Assembly: GCA_012295275.1 (NCBI GenBank)
Contig: CM022672.1
Span: 11,904,001 to 11,968,000, forward strand
Length of the DNA: 64,000 nt
Source: Chrysomallon squamiferum
Lineage: Eukaryota > Animalia > Mollusca
Reading direction: 5' to 3'
In this document: piece after piece, positions 11,401 through 25,079 of the stretch
Position numbering within the stretch: the first letter of the stretch is position 1
How the letters are laid out: every line of letters starts with the position of its first letter
Notes under the pieces: generated by a model
Told to the model about the DNA's origin: nothing
Seen by the model: only the letters and a program-made list of their open reading frames with translations
The model's database searches: none
Translations under genes and position numbers: made by a program

Positions 11401-13710
11401 AAATTATGAAACATAAATTTCATGCAAAAAAAAAAGTGAAATTTTTTTTTTAAAAAGAGCAATGCAAAAGAAAAAAGAAAAGGAAAAAGAAAATCTCAGA
11501 ACAAACAAGCAATTTCAAGTCGACCATACTGAGATTAAAACTTGATAGTATCATTATCAGAACATTAACATGGTGTCCTTTTACATATTATACTTCAAAA
11601 GATTTTTTTTTGATTTTTTTTTAAATGTCTATAAATATTTAGCTCTAGATTAAATATAAAATAACAAAATTTTCTTTTAAAAATGCTGCTACCAGTTCAA
11701 AAGACTATGCTGAATAATTTAAAGAAAATGAAATCATATTTTATTTTTATTTTTCCTTAATAAGGAAAGCATATATAACTTATGAAGCATAGGTTGGCCT
11801 ATGAAAAGTTGCTCTTGTAGGTACTAAGCAAAGAGAAGAATTGTTCTTGCAGCCAAGACCAGGGTTGTTCCAGAGATGTTCATGCAAGGTGGTGGTGCAG
11901 GTACACAATTTATTCTCAATACAGTGATGAAGATCTACAACCTCTTTTAGACCAGATAAAACTGAGACATTTAATATTTGTTTAATCTACTATCACGCTG
12001 TGCTTTACAGATAAAGGAGATTTATATTTGGTTGCTCACAGGTGTTTTGTTCAGTAATTATTATGTGACCTCTTCTGGTCCAGAAAAACTCACAGTCTGA
12101 AAAGTCTTTCAAACCAACAGTTCCAGAAAATCATATATATACCCGTGTTACAGTTCATATGACTTCATAAAACCAAAACTAAACAATTAATTGTGTGTCT
12201 ATGTAAGGAATAATGTACATGTTATTTAGGAAGCAAATCAAGAGGGGATGGGTTTATGGAAAGGGTCAGGCAATCCAATGATTTTTTAAAATAAATATTG
12301 AAGTACAAATCGCAATTGGTATATATTTACATATATTTCACTATGTAAATGAAATTATTTTTATGTTTCAACCTCTTATCACCATGGTAGACATAAATGA
12401 TGTCCATGCATCATACTGGACTGATGACAACAAAATACATTATTGCTATACACTCCATAAATTCTGTTACATAACATGATCCATTGTGAATGCTAATGTG
12501 ATCGTTGTAAGTGCAGACTAAATCAGAAACATGCTCTAGAGATTAATATAAGTGTATCATGGATGTCATACACTCTTGTTTCTGTCCAGTCTGATTTATA
12601 TTTAATATGTCAGCAAGTCTAACAAACAGCAGTCAAGAACATAACATCACCATGAAGGCTCTTTATCAAGATTAATTCTATCTTCATTTTTTTTTTTTTT
12701 TTTTAAATTTAACATTTTTTAAAACATTAAATATTTCACATTCCAACCTCACTCCTCCAGCTTACAACAGCTGTTTAACATCTAAACCAATTAAAAAAAA
12801 AATTAAATAAAATAAAAAAAAAACCCAAAAACCTAGTCCCCCTCAAAAAAAAAAAAAAAAAATTGTTACAATCACAGCCTATTAAAAGCTTCTTGGTTGA
12901 ATTCCAAATGGTGTGTTACAACAATATTATCCTAAAGTAAATATTAAAGCCGCCCATAGAACTGTTATCTTGATCTGTGACTGCTGCTGATGTATTATGA
13001 GGTGAACACTTACTCTTGACTTTTCCTCAAAGTGTTTTGTATGTTTGAAAAGGAACTGTTGTGTAAACAACCTGACTAGATAAGCTTGTATTGAGTTGGC
13101 ATTATAAGGGGACCGCAAAACATTTGGTCCATGTCAGTTTGGAAATTCCGTTTGTTTAAAGTGTTGTGCAGTTTTAAATTTAGTCTTGTTTATGTTGTGT
13201 GTGTGTGTTTGTTTGTAAGTTTATTTATTTAGTAATTTGGTTTGCTTTATTCATTGATTCAGTCTACTTATTTACTTTATTTTTTAATATATTCAGTTTA
13301 CTTTATTTAGTTAGTTAGATAGTTTATTTATTTATTTATTTATTTCATTCATTCATGACATTTATAAAAGAACATTTTTATCATAAAAGTCCTAAAACAC
13401 CCAAATGAAAAAAACAAAACCCCAAAACTGCCCCAAAAAGACAACAAAAAAACCCTATATATTATGGAGCATATGCCTTTAATTTGTGAAGAAAAACATA
13501 TAAAAATCATTAATGGCTGAATTCTTTGAAAAAGCCTCAAGTAAAAATTATTTTCATTGATTAATAAGAGAAGTAAGTATTTCAGTTAGGCATTGTTGAG
13601 GTTTTATGTACAAGTTCAGCAGTTCTGTTCAGGCCCTTAGCTGTCTTTATATATGTTTAATCAGCATAATGTGTCTTTAAAACTTTCAGTTTGGCACTTA
13701 TAAAATCTAA

Positions 13711-13711
<1 letters not shown>

Positions 13712-13775
<64 letters not shown>

Positions 13776-13913
13776 CTTCTTTTTTTTTTAAATTTAGCCA
13801 ATTGATTCTATGCTGTATTTGTTACTGTCACCATTCTTACCTTTTTAATATTAAGAAAAATAAGTTAGAAAAAGAACAAATTTAAATTAATGATTTACAA
13901 AAATTAATAAATG

Positions 13914-13950
<37 letters not shown>
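13712..13950. repeat. Two (AAT)n microsatellites
   Basis: Runs at 13712-13772 and ~13911-13948. Confidence 0.9.
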
Positions 13951-14854
13951 TTTTTATTTCTAAAAAGAGATTTTATTTCGTGTGGTCATGATGACCTTGA
14001 ATTTTTGTGTGACCTTTAAGTGAAGTGTAGCAAGTGATTACTGCAGTCAGACTGAAATGTAGATACACTTGAACACTGTAATCTTTATTAATCATCATTT
14101 CTCTTTCCTTTCCTCTCTCACAGACTCTTTCTCACTCTCAGTCTGTCTGTCTGTAACTCATTTTCTCTGTCTCTCTTTCTTTCTGTCTATCTCACTATAT
14201 TTCTCTTCTCTCAGTCTCTTTCGGTATCTCTGTTTCTGATTCTTTCTCTCCAAGTCTGTTATTCTTTCTCTTTCTTTTCCTTTCCTTCTGTCTCTCGTGT
14301 CTCTTTCATTCCTTTACTTATTCCCTTTTTTCTGTCAATGTGGGTTTCTCTCTCCCTTTCCCTCTGTCTCACACACATACATTTATACTTTAAATCACAT
14401 AAAAGTGTTAATGTGAAACTGTAGCTGCAGGAGAAGACATAAAACAAAGTGTGCTGTTAATGCCTAGTGACCAGTGGCTCGTGATTTAAGACAAACTGTG
14501 TGGCAGATTGGTAAGGACAGCTAACAGATATACGAGTGTACAGGACAGTACATTTGTATAATAAACACAGACCAGACATCTTGAATGAGGCTGGCAGTGT
14601 GAGAAATAAAATTTGTGCAGTTAAATGTTGTTGCCTTGAATGATGTAAAAACGAGTTGGATTTATTTATGGTTTTGAAGTTGCACATTAACCTCTTAGGT
14701 ATCACCATTTGACAATTAATGTGGTAGAAACTGTTGGTACTCAGATGTTTGGGTACAAATATGCATATGTTTACAAACAAGCACATGTACATGCACACAC
14801 ACATACACACACACACAAACACACACACACTCATACACACAGACATATAAATAA

Positions 14855-15040
14855 ATAAAAGTTCTAATTTAACAGAAAACATTTTTCTTTTCTTTTTTAA
14901 TATAATAAAATTGATAATAATAAAAAAAAATAATAATAATAATAATAAATTCTAATTTAAATGAAAATATTTTTCTTTTCATTTTTAATATAATAAAATT
15001 GATAATAATAAAAAATAATAATAATAATAATAATAATAAT
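14855..15040. repeat. Tandem duplication, ~89 bp x2, AT-rich
   Basis: TTCTAATTTAA...TTTTAATATAATAAAATTGATAATAATAAAAAA starts at 14861 and at 14950. Confidence 0.85.
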
Positions 15041-16022
15041 AAAGAAAGGAAAAAAGAAAAGAAAAAAGAAAGAAAATAACCTCTTTCTTACAGTTATTTT
15101 AGTTTCATATTTCTATCAGATAAATTCCTGCAATAAATTTTTTTTTAACTCAAGACATTGACTTCTCAAAACCATAACTTCACTAAACCAGTACACCCAC
15201 AAAACCGAACAATGTCTGCAGTTTTCTGACTTTATCAAATAACAAAATAACAAAATATCACTAAACCAAACATCCTTCCAAACCAATATTTTTACTTAGT
15301 CTCTACACTGTTCAGTTTTGGTCAGGTTTAATGGTATGTACTCTTGTAGCTGCTACCAGAACAAGCATTTCTTTATCATCTCAACTATGATGACATTGCC
15401 ATCTGCAGAGATAGATAAAGCATTGTCCATCATTACATGTGACACCAATATCTCACCGTGGAGAAAAAATATTTATATATTTTTTATCTTAGTAATACTT
15501 ACATCCGTTGTTCCATTGCAGAAATTTCCTGTACAGGCAGAGATAAAACACACATACATCCACATACATACTTACTTATATATGAAGTTTGAAATGTCTT
15601 TGACAGAAAGTGTTTTAAAAAAATGTGAAATATTCATGTAACTTGTCTTTTGAATGGTATAAATATAAATGCTAACATGAAAGAATGGCATGATTATCAT
15701 GAGGATGCAGATGGTAGATAGAGATGTCTGTGTGGGCAATTTTAAACAGAGTGGGTTTTATTAATGTTTTACTTGTAGGTGTCTTTCAGTTGGAGATTTT
15801 GGAAATCAGTGAAGTCAGACTCATGCACATGTATAAGCATATCCATATATGTACTCTTATGCACAAACACACATAATTGTGTATGCAAAACACATTTAGA
15901 TACATACACAAACCAGGCACATGGATGTGGACACATACAAAAACATTTATAGCATTTCATATTATTATTAACAAATACTAATTTTACACTTTTCATTGTT
16001 GCATTTCACAAAAGCTCACACA

Positions 16023-16060
<38 letters not shown>

Positions 16061-18199
16061 CACAAACAGACCCTCTTATTTGTTATTATTAATATACATG
16101 AATACTAAGGTGGCATCATTTGAGTTTTGGAAGTTTTTCTTCTTCTTCTTCTCCTTATTATTATTATCTTTAAAATTTGAAAAATGTTTATTCTAGAAAG
16201 GGAAATAGACAGTGAAGACTAATGTTGCAAGCAATTGTTTCTTGACCTAATACTTTACCACTTAGATCTTTATTATAGCATGTTTTTAAATGTATCAGTA
16301 TTAACTATTCTTTCATAATAAAACAGCCAAGTAAATAACCATCCTGTTGTTTTGTTTTGTATCACCATCATCTTTTTGTAACATTTAAGACACTTCTGAA
16401 GCTAAAACCTACACCCTAACATATCAGTAACAATTACTTTATCAAAAGATAATGAAAAAGTCTTAAATAAAATAGTAATATTTATGCCATATCTATAAGG
16501 TACCATGAATAAAATGCTCCTAAATATTTCTATAACTGTTAATGAAGAAAGATAATCATGAAAATAATTATTGTTTTATATCCTTTTTGTATTGACATCA
16601 TGTTTTGCTATTGTTATACTACAGCTACAAGTATACTTCTGCATAATGGAGGAAACAAAACTGCAGTGAAAATATTTTATTAATGTTTATGGAACTACTG
16701 AAAGAGATTGCTGAGTAAAATGAGATACAACTGGCTCATAAGCATTTCTGTAACTATTACTTCTAAAACATAATCAAGAATCACATCATTTTTATAATGT
16801 TTATGGCACGGCTAAAAGATACAAGGGGATGCAATGGTGTATTACTGGCCCCCTTAGCACTTCTGCAACAAAATTAATCAAGAAAATAATTACTCTTTTG
16901 TTTCCTTTGTATTATTATCAATTTTTTCTAATGTTTATGGCTCTTTGACGAATGACAAAACAGTTGATATGGCACTTCCAAACGATAATCACGCCATGAT
17001 CAAGATGTATGTTCAAAGTTAGCAGACAGATCTTTGATTTACATCCTCCTTTCTTTCGCAATTTACCAATGGGAATAATGAATTTCAGCTCAATTAGTAA
17101 ATTTCATTGATCTTACACTGGTGTTATGGGAGGAACATATAAATTTGGCTAAGAAAACTGGACGTACAATCAGATTAAAGGTTATGCATGGTATTAGATG
17201 AAGGTCCAACGAAAATTCAAATTGGTCTGACGACCAGAAAGCTGTTATGGAAGGTAGCCAACAAATAAATTTATAGTCAGAAGAAAAGATAATTGTCATT
17301 ATTTTCCAATTTGCTGATACTTCTAGAACTAATTTTAGTCTCAAAATAGAATGGTGAAAAATAAGGGATATTGTATGTAGAACTGGCTGCAATGGCAGAT
17401 TGTGATAAAGATGTAAATAGAAGTAAAATAAAAATGAATTTGGTTTTTATTCTTCAGTTTCTATAAATATCATTTACCTCTAAGGTATTATAAATATTTT
17501 GGTTTAAAAAATAACCCCAAAAGACCAACAACAATTATATACAAAAATTAAAAAAAAAAAAATCCCCCCAAAAACAACAACATTTTGTGATCAAATTCAA
17601 AAAAGTTACCATGTCTTTTTTGTTAGCTGCAAAACTACTTTTGAATATTACTGAGGTTTTTAAAGGAAAATTTATTATTTGTCAGTAAAGATGATATTGC
17701 TTAATAATTGAGAGGTTTTGTGATTTTATAATAGTACTAAATGCTTAGTGATTATTATATAGGAACTGAGCAATGATTTTGAAAAACGATGCAAGCAAAA
17801 CCAGAAAGCTCATTTTAGATATTTGCTAACTGTCACAAAAAAAAAATGTTCTTCAGAGAAGTGAAACATTTTCAGCACAAAGTTAATATATAACCCAGCA
17901 TTACGGAGTTGTTTGACGCAATAAGTGTTAGACCCTGTGAAGATATTCCATTTCACGATGACTTTAGATCTCAGTTGCCTGGGGTGCTGTGGTATCAAAT
18001 CAGTGTAAAACACAACACAAGTAGACAGATGGGGATGGCTTTCCCTGTAGATTCAGTGTTGCTTAAAGTTATTTATGAGAAAGAATGGTTATTAATATCT
18101 GTTCTGTAACCCGGAGGCTCACACACTTAAACTGTGACAAACCCTGCATCGCTAACAATTCTTAGAAGCCTTGTTACTTGTATGTTCTGAACTCCTCTC

Positions 18200-18600
18200 A
18201 TTGAAACTGCTGTGAAACCATGTGTCATTAATACTGCTCTGAAGCTCATTGTCACTAAAACTGCTCTGATTAGAAATGCTCTGAAACAGTACATCACCAA
18301 ACTGTCACTAACACTGCTCTGAAATCATGTGTCACTAAAACTGCTCTGAAACCCCATTATAACTCTGCTCTGAAATCATGTGTCACTAAAACAGCTCTGA
18401 AACCCCTTTATAACTCTGCTCTGAAATCATGTGTCACTAAAACAGCTCTGAAACCCTATGTCACTAAACATCTTTGTTACTAACATTGCTATGAAATCTT
18501 GTCACTAAAACAGCTCTGAAATCCTGTCTCTGTTCCTGCTCTGAAACCCTATCACTATCCTCTTCTGAAACCTTAACATTGCTCTGAAACTGTGTATCAC
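18200..18600. repeat. Minisatellite, 24-28 bp monomer (core GCTCTGAAA) with a ~52 bp dimer in the centre
   Basis: About 14 GCTCTGAAA-type cores. Alternating TCATGTGTCACTAAAA and CCCCwTTATAACT linkers at ~18314-18455. Confidence 0.9.
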
Positions 18601-19642
18601 TGTTTTGGGTTAAATACCGGACTGGAAGCAATGCATTATAAGATCAGTGTAAACAATACTGTGTGAATTACTTGTTACAAATCTGCATAACATTCAGAAG
18701 ATGATTCATTGTGTAATCAGTTAGCTTATTACCTGTGTTTCATGTAACATTAGTTCAAGTGAGTGCGTCTTGAGTGATTTATTAAAGGCTGCGGTAGGTG
18801 TTGTCTTGCTGGAAGATACATGTTTACAGAAAATAATTTATGTGAGAGTATGTGTTGGTGTTGTTGCAGGTTATGTTGTTTGTTTATATTTGCATGTTTA
18901 TGAGAAATGTATGCATTTATATTTCTATGTAAAAATGCATGCATATATGTGCATATACATATCTGCATGTGTGATTATGTGTGTGTGTGTCTGTGTGTGT
19001 ATGTGTATGTTTGTTAGCTAATAATAACAATCTGTTTGTCTCTTTCTCTGTGAGAAATGGAAGAAAAAATAGGTTACAATTATAACCTTCCAGTTTTCTC
19101 TCCTATTTTTACACTACATCTTCTTTTTTATCTTTTGAAAAGGTTTTGTGATTTAGTGTTGTCAATTGTGTGGAATATTATTGTTCCAGTCCTATGACTC
19201 TTCATAATACATAATGCGATGGCTAAATGATCCAGCATCTGGTCTAAGGTGAACAAAAAAAAACTGATGGCAATTTTGAGACCATTAAAACAAAATCAGT
19301 CTGTTTAGACAGTTTGAATCCTGGTGCTCTTTATAAAACACAATGCCATTAGGTCTTGACTTTCACAAAAAAACCAAGAAAAAACCATTGTGAGTATATA
19401 AAAAATTAAAGTAATAGCAGACAAAAAAAAATTAAAAATTAAAATTAAAAACAATAAAAAAGATTTGGCAGTAAAATGTGAAAATGTCTATTTCTCAGAA
19501 GCATGGCCAAAAGGAAACTTCCGTAACTGATTATGCATACAGTAGCATAACAACAGGCTTCCAGAACTGATTATGCATACAATAACAAAAACATAAACAG
19601 ATTTCTATAGCTCATTGTGCAATTGCATAATAATAACAGAAC

Positions 19643-19880
19643 AGGTAGCAGTTCAGTAGTTCTGGCCCCAGGAGTCATCAATCCTTCTCAGTGCAGCTTT
19701 TCATTATCAATTCTCTTTGATGCCCCATTTGTCTAGTTTCCCATTCCAGCCAGTGTTCTCTTACTAGTTTGTCAAATGGTGTTATTATATGCAAGTTCCT
19801 GTCTATGGGAAAGTGTATATAAAATACATATTTCTGCTAATCATTAATAGTCGCCAATGATGTTACTGTGATTTTCCATC
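19643..19880 (+). mobile_element. Decayed tRNA-derived SINE (Nin-like), best-preserved core
   Basis: TTTCCCATTCCAGCCAGTG...TTCCTGTCTATGGGAAAGTGTATATAAAATACATATTTCTGCTAATC matches the other copies and the recalled Nin core CCTGTCTGTGGGATGGTGCATATAAAAGATCCCTTGCTGCTAATC. Confidence 0.7.
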
Positions 19881-21906
19881 TTTTATGTCATCATCATTAT
19901 AAAACATGCCCAGGTATCCTTAATAATTCATCTATATTTTTAAAAAACAAAAATCAAACTAAACTTAAAATAAAATATCATTTTTACCAAGCTGTAACAT
20001 TCAAGAGACTAGACTGGTATAAGAATCTAGTAATGTAATAGTTCCTAATTCAGAAATAACCAGGAAGTTTTTAGACCAGTATACCTTTTCTTCTTTCTGA
20101 ACCTGGAAATTTTTTTCTGATTTGCTGGTAAGTTTTATTTTTTTTGACTATCTTACCAAAGAGTTTATCTATGAAGCAACCATTTATACAGAATGTTTTT
20201 TCTTAGTAGGAACAATGAGTGTAGTTAGTATGTTAGAAGATTGGTTTGAGATATCATTAAACTTGTTCAGTTAAGAAGATTATCACAGTAAATATTATCA
20301 TTACTGCATCTCTAAACATACAGTGTAAATAAACAAACATTTTATTAATATAGAATAAGCAAACTCCCATCTTCCCCCAAAACAGCTCTTTTCTTTCAGT
20401 GACAAAACAGAATTAATAATTAATTCAGGGTAATTGTCAATGAAAGATTATGGCCAATTCCAATTTAAAAAAACACAGCAAAACAACTCCTGATGAAAAA
20501 GTCACAAAAAGAGATCTTCTGTCACCAGAAGATAAGAAAGTGACACTTCTCTGACATCTGCTGAATTCTTCCTGTTAACACAAACAGTTTGCACCAAGAG
20601 ATAAGACAAAGGCTGTGATTGGCTGGGGCTGACTAATCAAAATATCTGTATCTTACCCAACATTTGTGGAATTCTCACCAAATTAGTTGTTTGACTGAAA
20701 CCGTCATGGCTGACTGAATGGATATGATTTCCTGTGCCTTTCAGTGTGACTAGATTTTAAAACAAAAGATTCCATCTTTCTCAACATATATATATTTTTT
20801 TTTATTATCAGTCCTCTCAACGTTTGTCTCAATGTCTGTACAAATCTATCAATCATTTCAGGCTACTACAAATAGTGCAAATCTATACTGAATATGCATA
20901 CAGATAGTTCAGATACATGCTTTATTGGTCTATGCAAGCTATGCAAAAATATCAAGCTTGAAAACAAAACAATACAAACTGAAAAAAAAAAAGATTTTCA
21001 ACACAAATCCTTCTAAATGCTAAATCACCAGTGTCACAAGAAGCCAAGCATTTTCTGAGCTCCTGCAAAAATATGCAAAATGCTGCACAAATATGATGAA
21101 TTCTGTTGCACCACTTTTGTGTGTATATTGGGAAAATCTGGAAACGAAGTCTGTGACTGACAGCTGACACTAATTTCCTGCTATGGCGACAGGGTTCTTC
21201 AGATCAATACAAAGATAACAGGTGCTTCAAGTCTTTGTCTTGATTAACTTATTAATTATTTACAACAGATGAATGCCTGCAGAAAAATTTCACAGACAGG
21301 GCGAAATACAAAATTGTGACAGTTTTTAATTCTTTTCGGTTATTGTTAGTAACATAACTTAATATTAGTAAATTGAAAAATGTTGGTGTTTTTTTTTCTT
21401 TCTAAGTTTTGTAAAAATAATATGTACAGCCAGAGAAAGACAGGCAAACAGACAGTCAAACATACAAAGTCAGTAAAAGAGAAAGAGACAGAAAAGCAGA
21501 AAGACAGACATAAGCACATGCACAAAGCGACACACCATCAGAGAAAGAAAAAGACAGATAGATAGATAAAGTGAAACACAATCATTCAGAGGTAGATAAA
21601 GATAGAGACATTCACACAGTCAAAAAACATAGAGAGGGGGAAACATGGACATCGATATAACCACAGATACAAAGATAGAAACAACACAATCAATGAGAAA
21701 GACAGAGAAAAACAAAGTGACAGAGATAGAGAAAAGAAAATTCTCATGTACACACACAGCCAGTGAAAGTGAGACACTGAAAAAAAAAAAAAAGGGACAT
21801 TCAGAAAGAAAGAGAAGGGAACACTAAGAGACAAAGAAAATAATCAAATGGAAAAAACATCTATCAGTTTAATCCTGAGCAAAATTTCATCCTTTTACTG
21901 AATATA

Positions 21907-21943
<37 letters not shown>

Positions 21944-23174
21944 AATAAATAAAAAAATAATAAAACTGGCAGAAAGAGAAGAAAGAAAGAAAGAAAGAAA
22001 GAAAAAAAAACAACACTCTTCAAGTATAAAACACCCAGCAAGAGATCTAGCTGAGAATAGAACCAGCAATTACCTGTCATAAAGCTGAAGAAGAGAGTAA
22101 GACAAATTGCTGATTATTTCAGAAAGAAGAAGCATAACTTGTGTCTGCCATGATACAACCACTATAGTTCACAGATGTATGAACAAACAGCAATGTCATA
22201 CGTAATACTCTTCAAGCCTGGTTCTAATACACACAACTATTTCACCCATTGAACAACAAACAGCAGGTAACAGTGCCAGGTAATGAGAATTTTAAAGCAA
22301 CAGAAAAATAAATATCATGATCAATCTCTCTGTGGATGTGCTTGTCTTTGAGACCTACAGGTTCTGTGTTCAAATCTCAGAAATGTGCTGTGGGTTTTTT
22401 TCTTCCTGTTTTTGCTGCAGTTTTAGAATGCGTGAATATTAGTATTTATACCATCAGTACAATCAAGAAAATATCAACACAATCAGCAGTCCATCAGCAC
22501 AACCAACAATACATCAATATAAACATGAATACACCAACACAATCAACAACATATCAACACAACAAATATCACATCAACAAGATATCAACACATTTTAATA
22601 GTTACTAAGTGTCAACACATTGTTTTTGCAAGGGTTTTAGATACAGTTGGTTTTACCTTTGCCATATCTTATATCTGTCTTCTTTAAACTCTCTCTTCAA
22701 TGATAAGAGAAAAAAATATATAAAAAAAAGAGAGAGGGAAAACCTAAAGCCATTCTTCCACAGGGTATCTTTATAAAAATAACATCAAAGAGATCTTTTC
22801 TGTACATCACACTATATGGAAAAACAAATAGTATGGTCTGTAGTAATACCACCAGAATGGAAAAAAATCTAAAAAGATACACTGGAAAGAACTGATCCCA
22901 CAACTGTTCAAGTATTAGAGAAGTATTAATAAGAGTGGACGGTCAGTTTATCAAACATTGTATGACTAATCTATTTTGTCCACTCAGTCCAGACTCTTGA
23001 AGTGTGTGTTTATGTCCCTGTATCAGATACACCAGCCTGCCTATCAGTGAAACCTATCTAAAGTGATATTTGTGTATTGATTTAATTATGAAACAAAGAT
23101 AACATGGTGTCAGATTTATAACAGTTAGATAACATTGTCCCGTACAAATTAGTGAAGCAATTCGAAGTTACTGA

Positions 23175-23335
23175 TTACATCTCCATGATAATAAGCACTA
23201 TAATATTCAGGCAACAGTTAGTAGGTATTACATATCCATGATAATAAGCACTATAATATTCAGGCAATATGTGGTAGTTATTAAATATCCATGGTAATAA
23301 GCACTATAATATTCAGGCAATATGTAGTAGATATT
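23175..23335. repeat. Tandem repeat, 53 bp x3
   Basis: TCCATGrTAATAAGCACTATAATATTCAGGCAA in units starting at ~23178, 23231 and 23284. Confidence 0.92.
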
Positions 23336-24389
23336 ATATCTGAACTATAATATGCACTGTAACTATCGCACAAAATGTAGTACTGTAATATTCATACAGT
23401 TTATTGTGCCTATTATATCTGAACCACAATACACGCCATAATTTTCAATCAATTTGTAATACCTATCACATTTTAATTATAATATGTACCAATGACAGAA
23501 ATATTAAATTGTTGTGGAAGCTAAGAACCCCAGAATGCTTAGCTCAGATTTACAAAGCTAAAAGAAATGACTTGATCCTTGATGTCCCCATAATGACATG
23601 ATGAGAACTAAGCATGAGTTTGAAAGAAAATGTTTCTTGGTATTAAACTAGCACCTGCCTTAACATCCTACACTACAAAAGTTCCCAGAATGACCAGTAA
23701 CACAGGTCTGACAATATTGTACACGAAGCAAATAAATGCACACATAATAGCAACCTGGACTGGTACTGCATTAGTGTAATAATGTTCTGTAATACACTGT
23801 AGACTGGTTATTACATTGATTGTTGCCGAACCCAGGTGCATTAGGAAGGTCCAACTCAATTAGCCTGCAGTAGTTATCAGCTGAAACATAATATCAGGTG
23901 ACCAGGCTGGAATGGAGGAGTTAAGAGGAAATCTAATTGTGCCACTTCCCAATACCTTGTATTCCTCACATAACTTTCTTGTTGTCCATAAACAATGTTA
24001 TCATCACTGCACTTAACTCTACACACACCTTATCTCCATGCTGGAATGTCTCAAAATGAAAATGTCTTTTCAAATGCAGTTATAAATGAATGGATTTTAA
24101 CCAAACTTGACCACCCTTGACCCTCCCCATCCAAAAAAACATACTGGGTGTCAAAGGTAAATAAGTCAGTGGTCAAACGAAATTTTATTAAAACATTTTT
24201 TATTTTAAATATAATCATAAATGATATTTAACCAAATACAAAACAAAACAAAAATTGGGTGTCAAAGGTAAGTTATATGAAACCAAACTTCATAAACATG
24301 TTTTTCCTACATAATTATGAATTATGACACTGAGGCAGGCTGTTGTTTAAGTATTAGTGCATGGACCAATGTCATGGCATTTTACATCA

Positions 24390-24530
24390 TAAATCACAGG
24401 ATCAGTCTGCCTCAATACAGTGCCTGGGCTATTTCCCATTCTACACATTGTCTGATGAACTGTTCATCAGTGTCATGTTTTCCTGTCTGTAGAAAGGTAG
24501 AAGATTCGTTATTGTTAACCAAAAAATAAG
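24390..24530 (+). mobile_element. SINE fragment (Nin-like)
   Basis: GGATCAGTC...TGGGCTATTTCCCATTC...TCCTGTCTGTAGAAAGGTAGAAGATTC, collinear with the 19.7 kb copy. Confidence 0.55.
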
Positions 24531-25031
24531 AATGTCAGTGTGTTATAGTTTCATTTTCAGTTATTACCTTTGTGATTCTTATATATCAGTTAATTTACCA
24601 ATACACAGTATTATCTCCTCAAAGCAAGCAGAAAAAGAAAAAGTATGTACAGCTAATAAGATACAAGTCTAAATATATATATATATATTTTTTTTTTTTT
24701 CTAAACTTCATTTTATTCTTTGTTATCAAACTTAACATGAAATTAAACTAATTTTTTGGTTATTTAATTTGTTAATCTCATAACTGAATATATTTTTGGT
24801 ATTCTTCAATTTTAAGGGTTTCCATTTTTACCAAAGATCATGAGACTTACACCAGCCCTAATCCTGCACCCACCCCCCAAAAAAGAAACAATATGTTTAT
24901 TTCATCTCAGATCTGTAGATATATATTTTAACTTTTACTGTCCATTTTCCTAGTATCATAAACTGCACTGAAAGCAACCCAAAAAGTGCAACGCACAAAT
25001 ATATGCGGAATTATGATAACAAAATTCTGCA

Positions 25032-25079
25032 AATTGTCTTCGAGTGTGGAAGTATGCCATACCACACTCAAAGACAATT
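25032..25079 (-). other. 18-bp stem-loop (pre-miRNA-like inverted repeat)
   Basis: AATTGTCTT-C-GAGTGTGG / 12-nt loop / CCACACTC-A-AAGACAATT. The single C.A mismatch is a G.U pair on the minus strand. The hairpin is certain; RNA function is not. Confidence 0.5.

Noticed and set aside
17909-18109. Protein-looking 66-aa ORF; likewise 32558-32791, 36169-36450, 57620-57832 and 62932-63141
   Set aside because: No recognisable family and no convincing acceptor-donor pair in frame. The lengths are expected by chance in GC-richer islands. BLASTX would settle it.
23175-23335. CRISPR-like look of conserved ~35-bp blocks with variable linkers (also 18200-18600 and 55362-55730)
   Set aside because: The linkers are homologous to one another rather than unique spacers, there are no cas genes, and the context is eukaryotic. 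These are ordinary minisatellites.
25060-25072. CCACACTCA shared with miR-279
   Set aside because: The seed (GACTAGA) is absent. I recognised no conserved bilaterian or mollusc mature miRNA in the window, though my scan was by eye.
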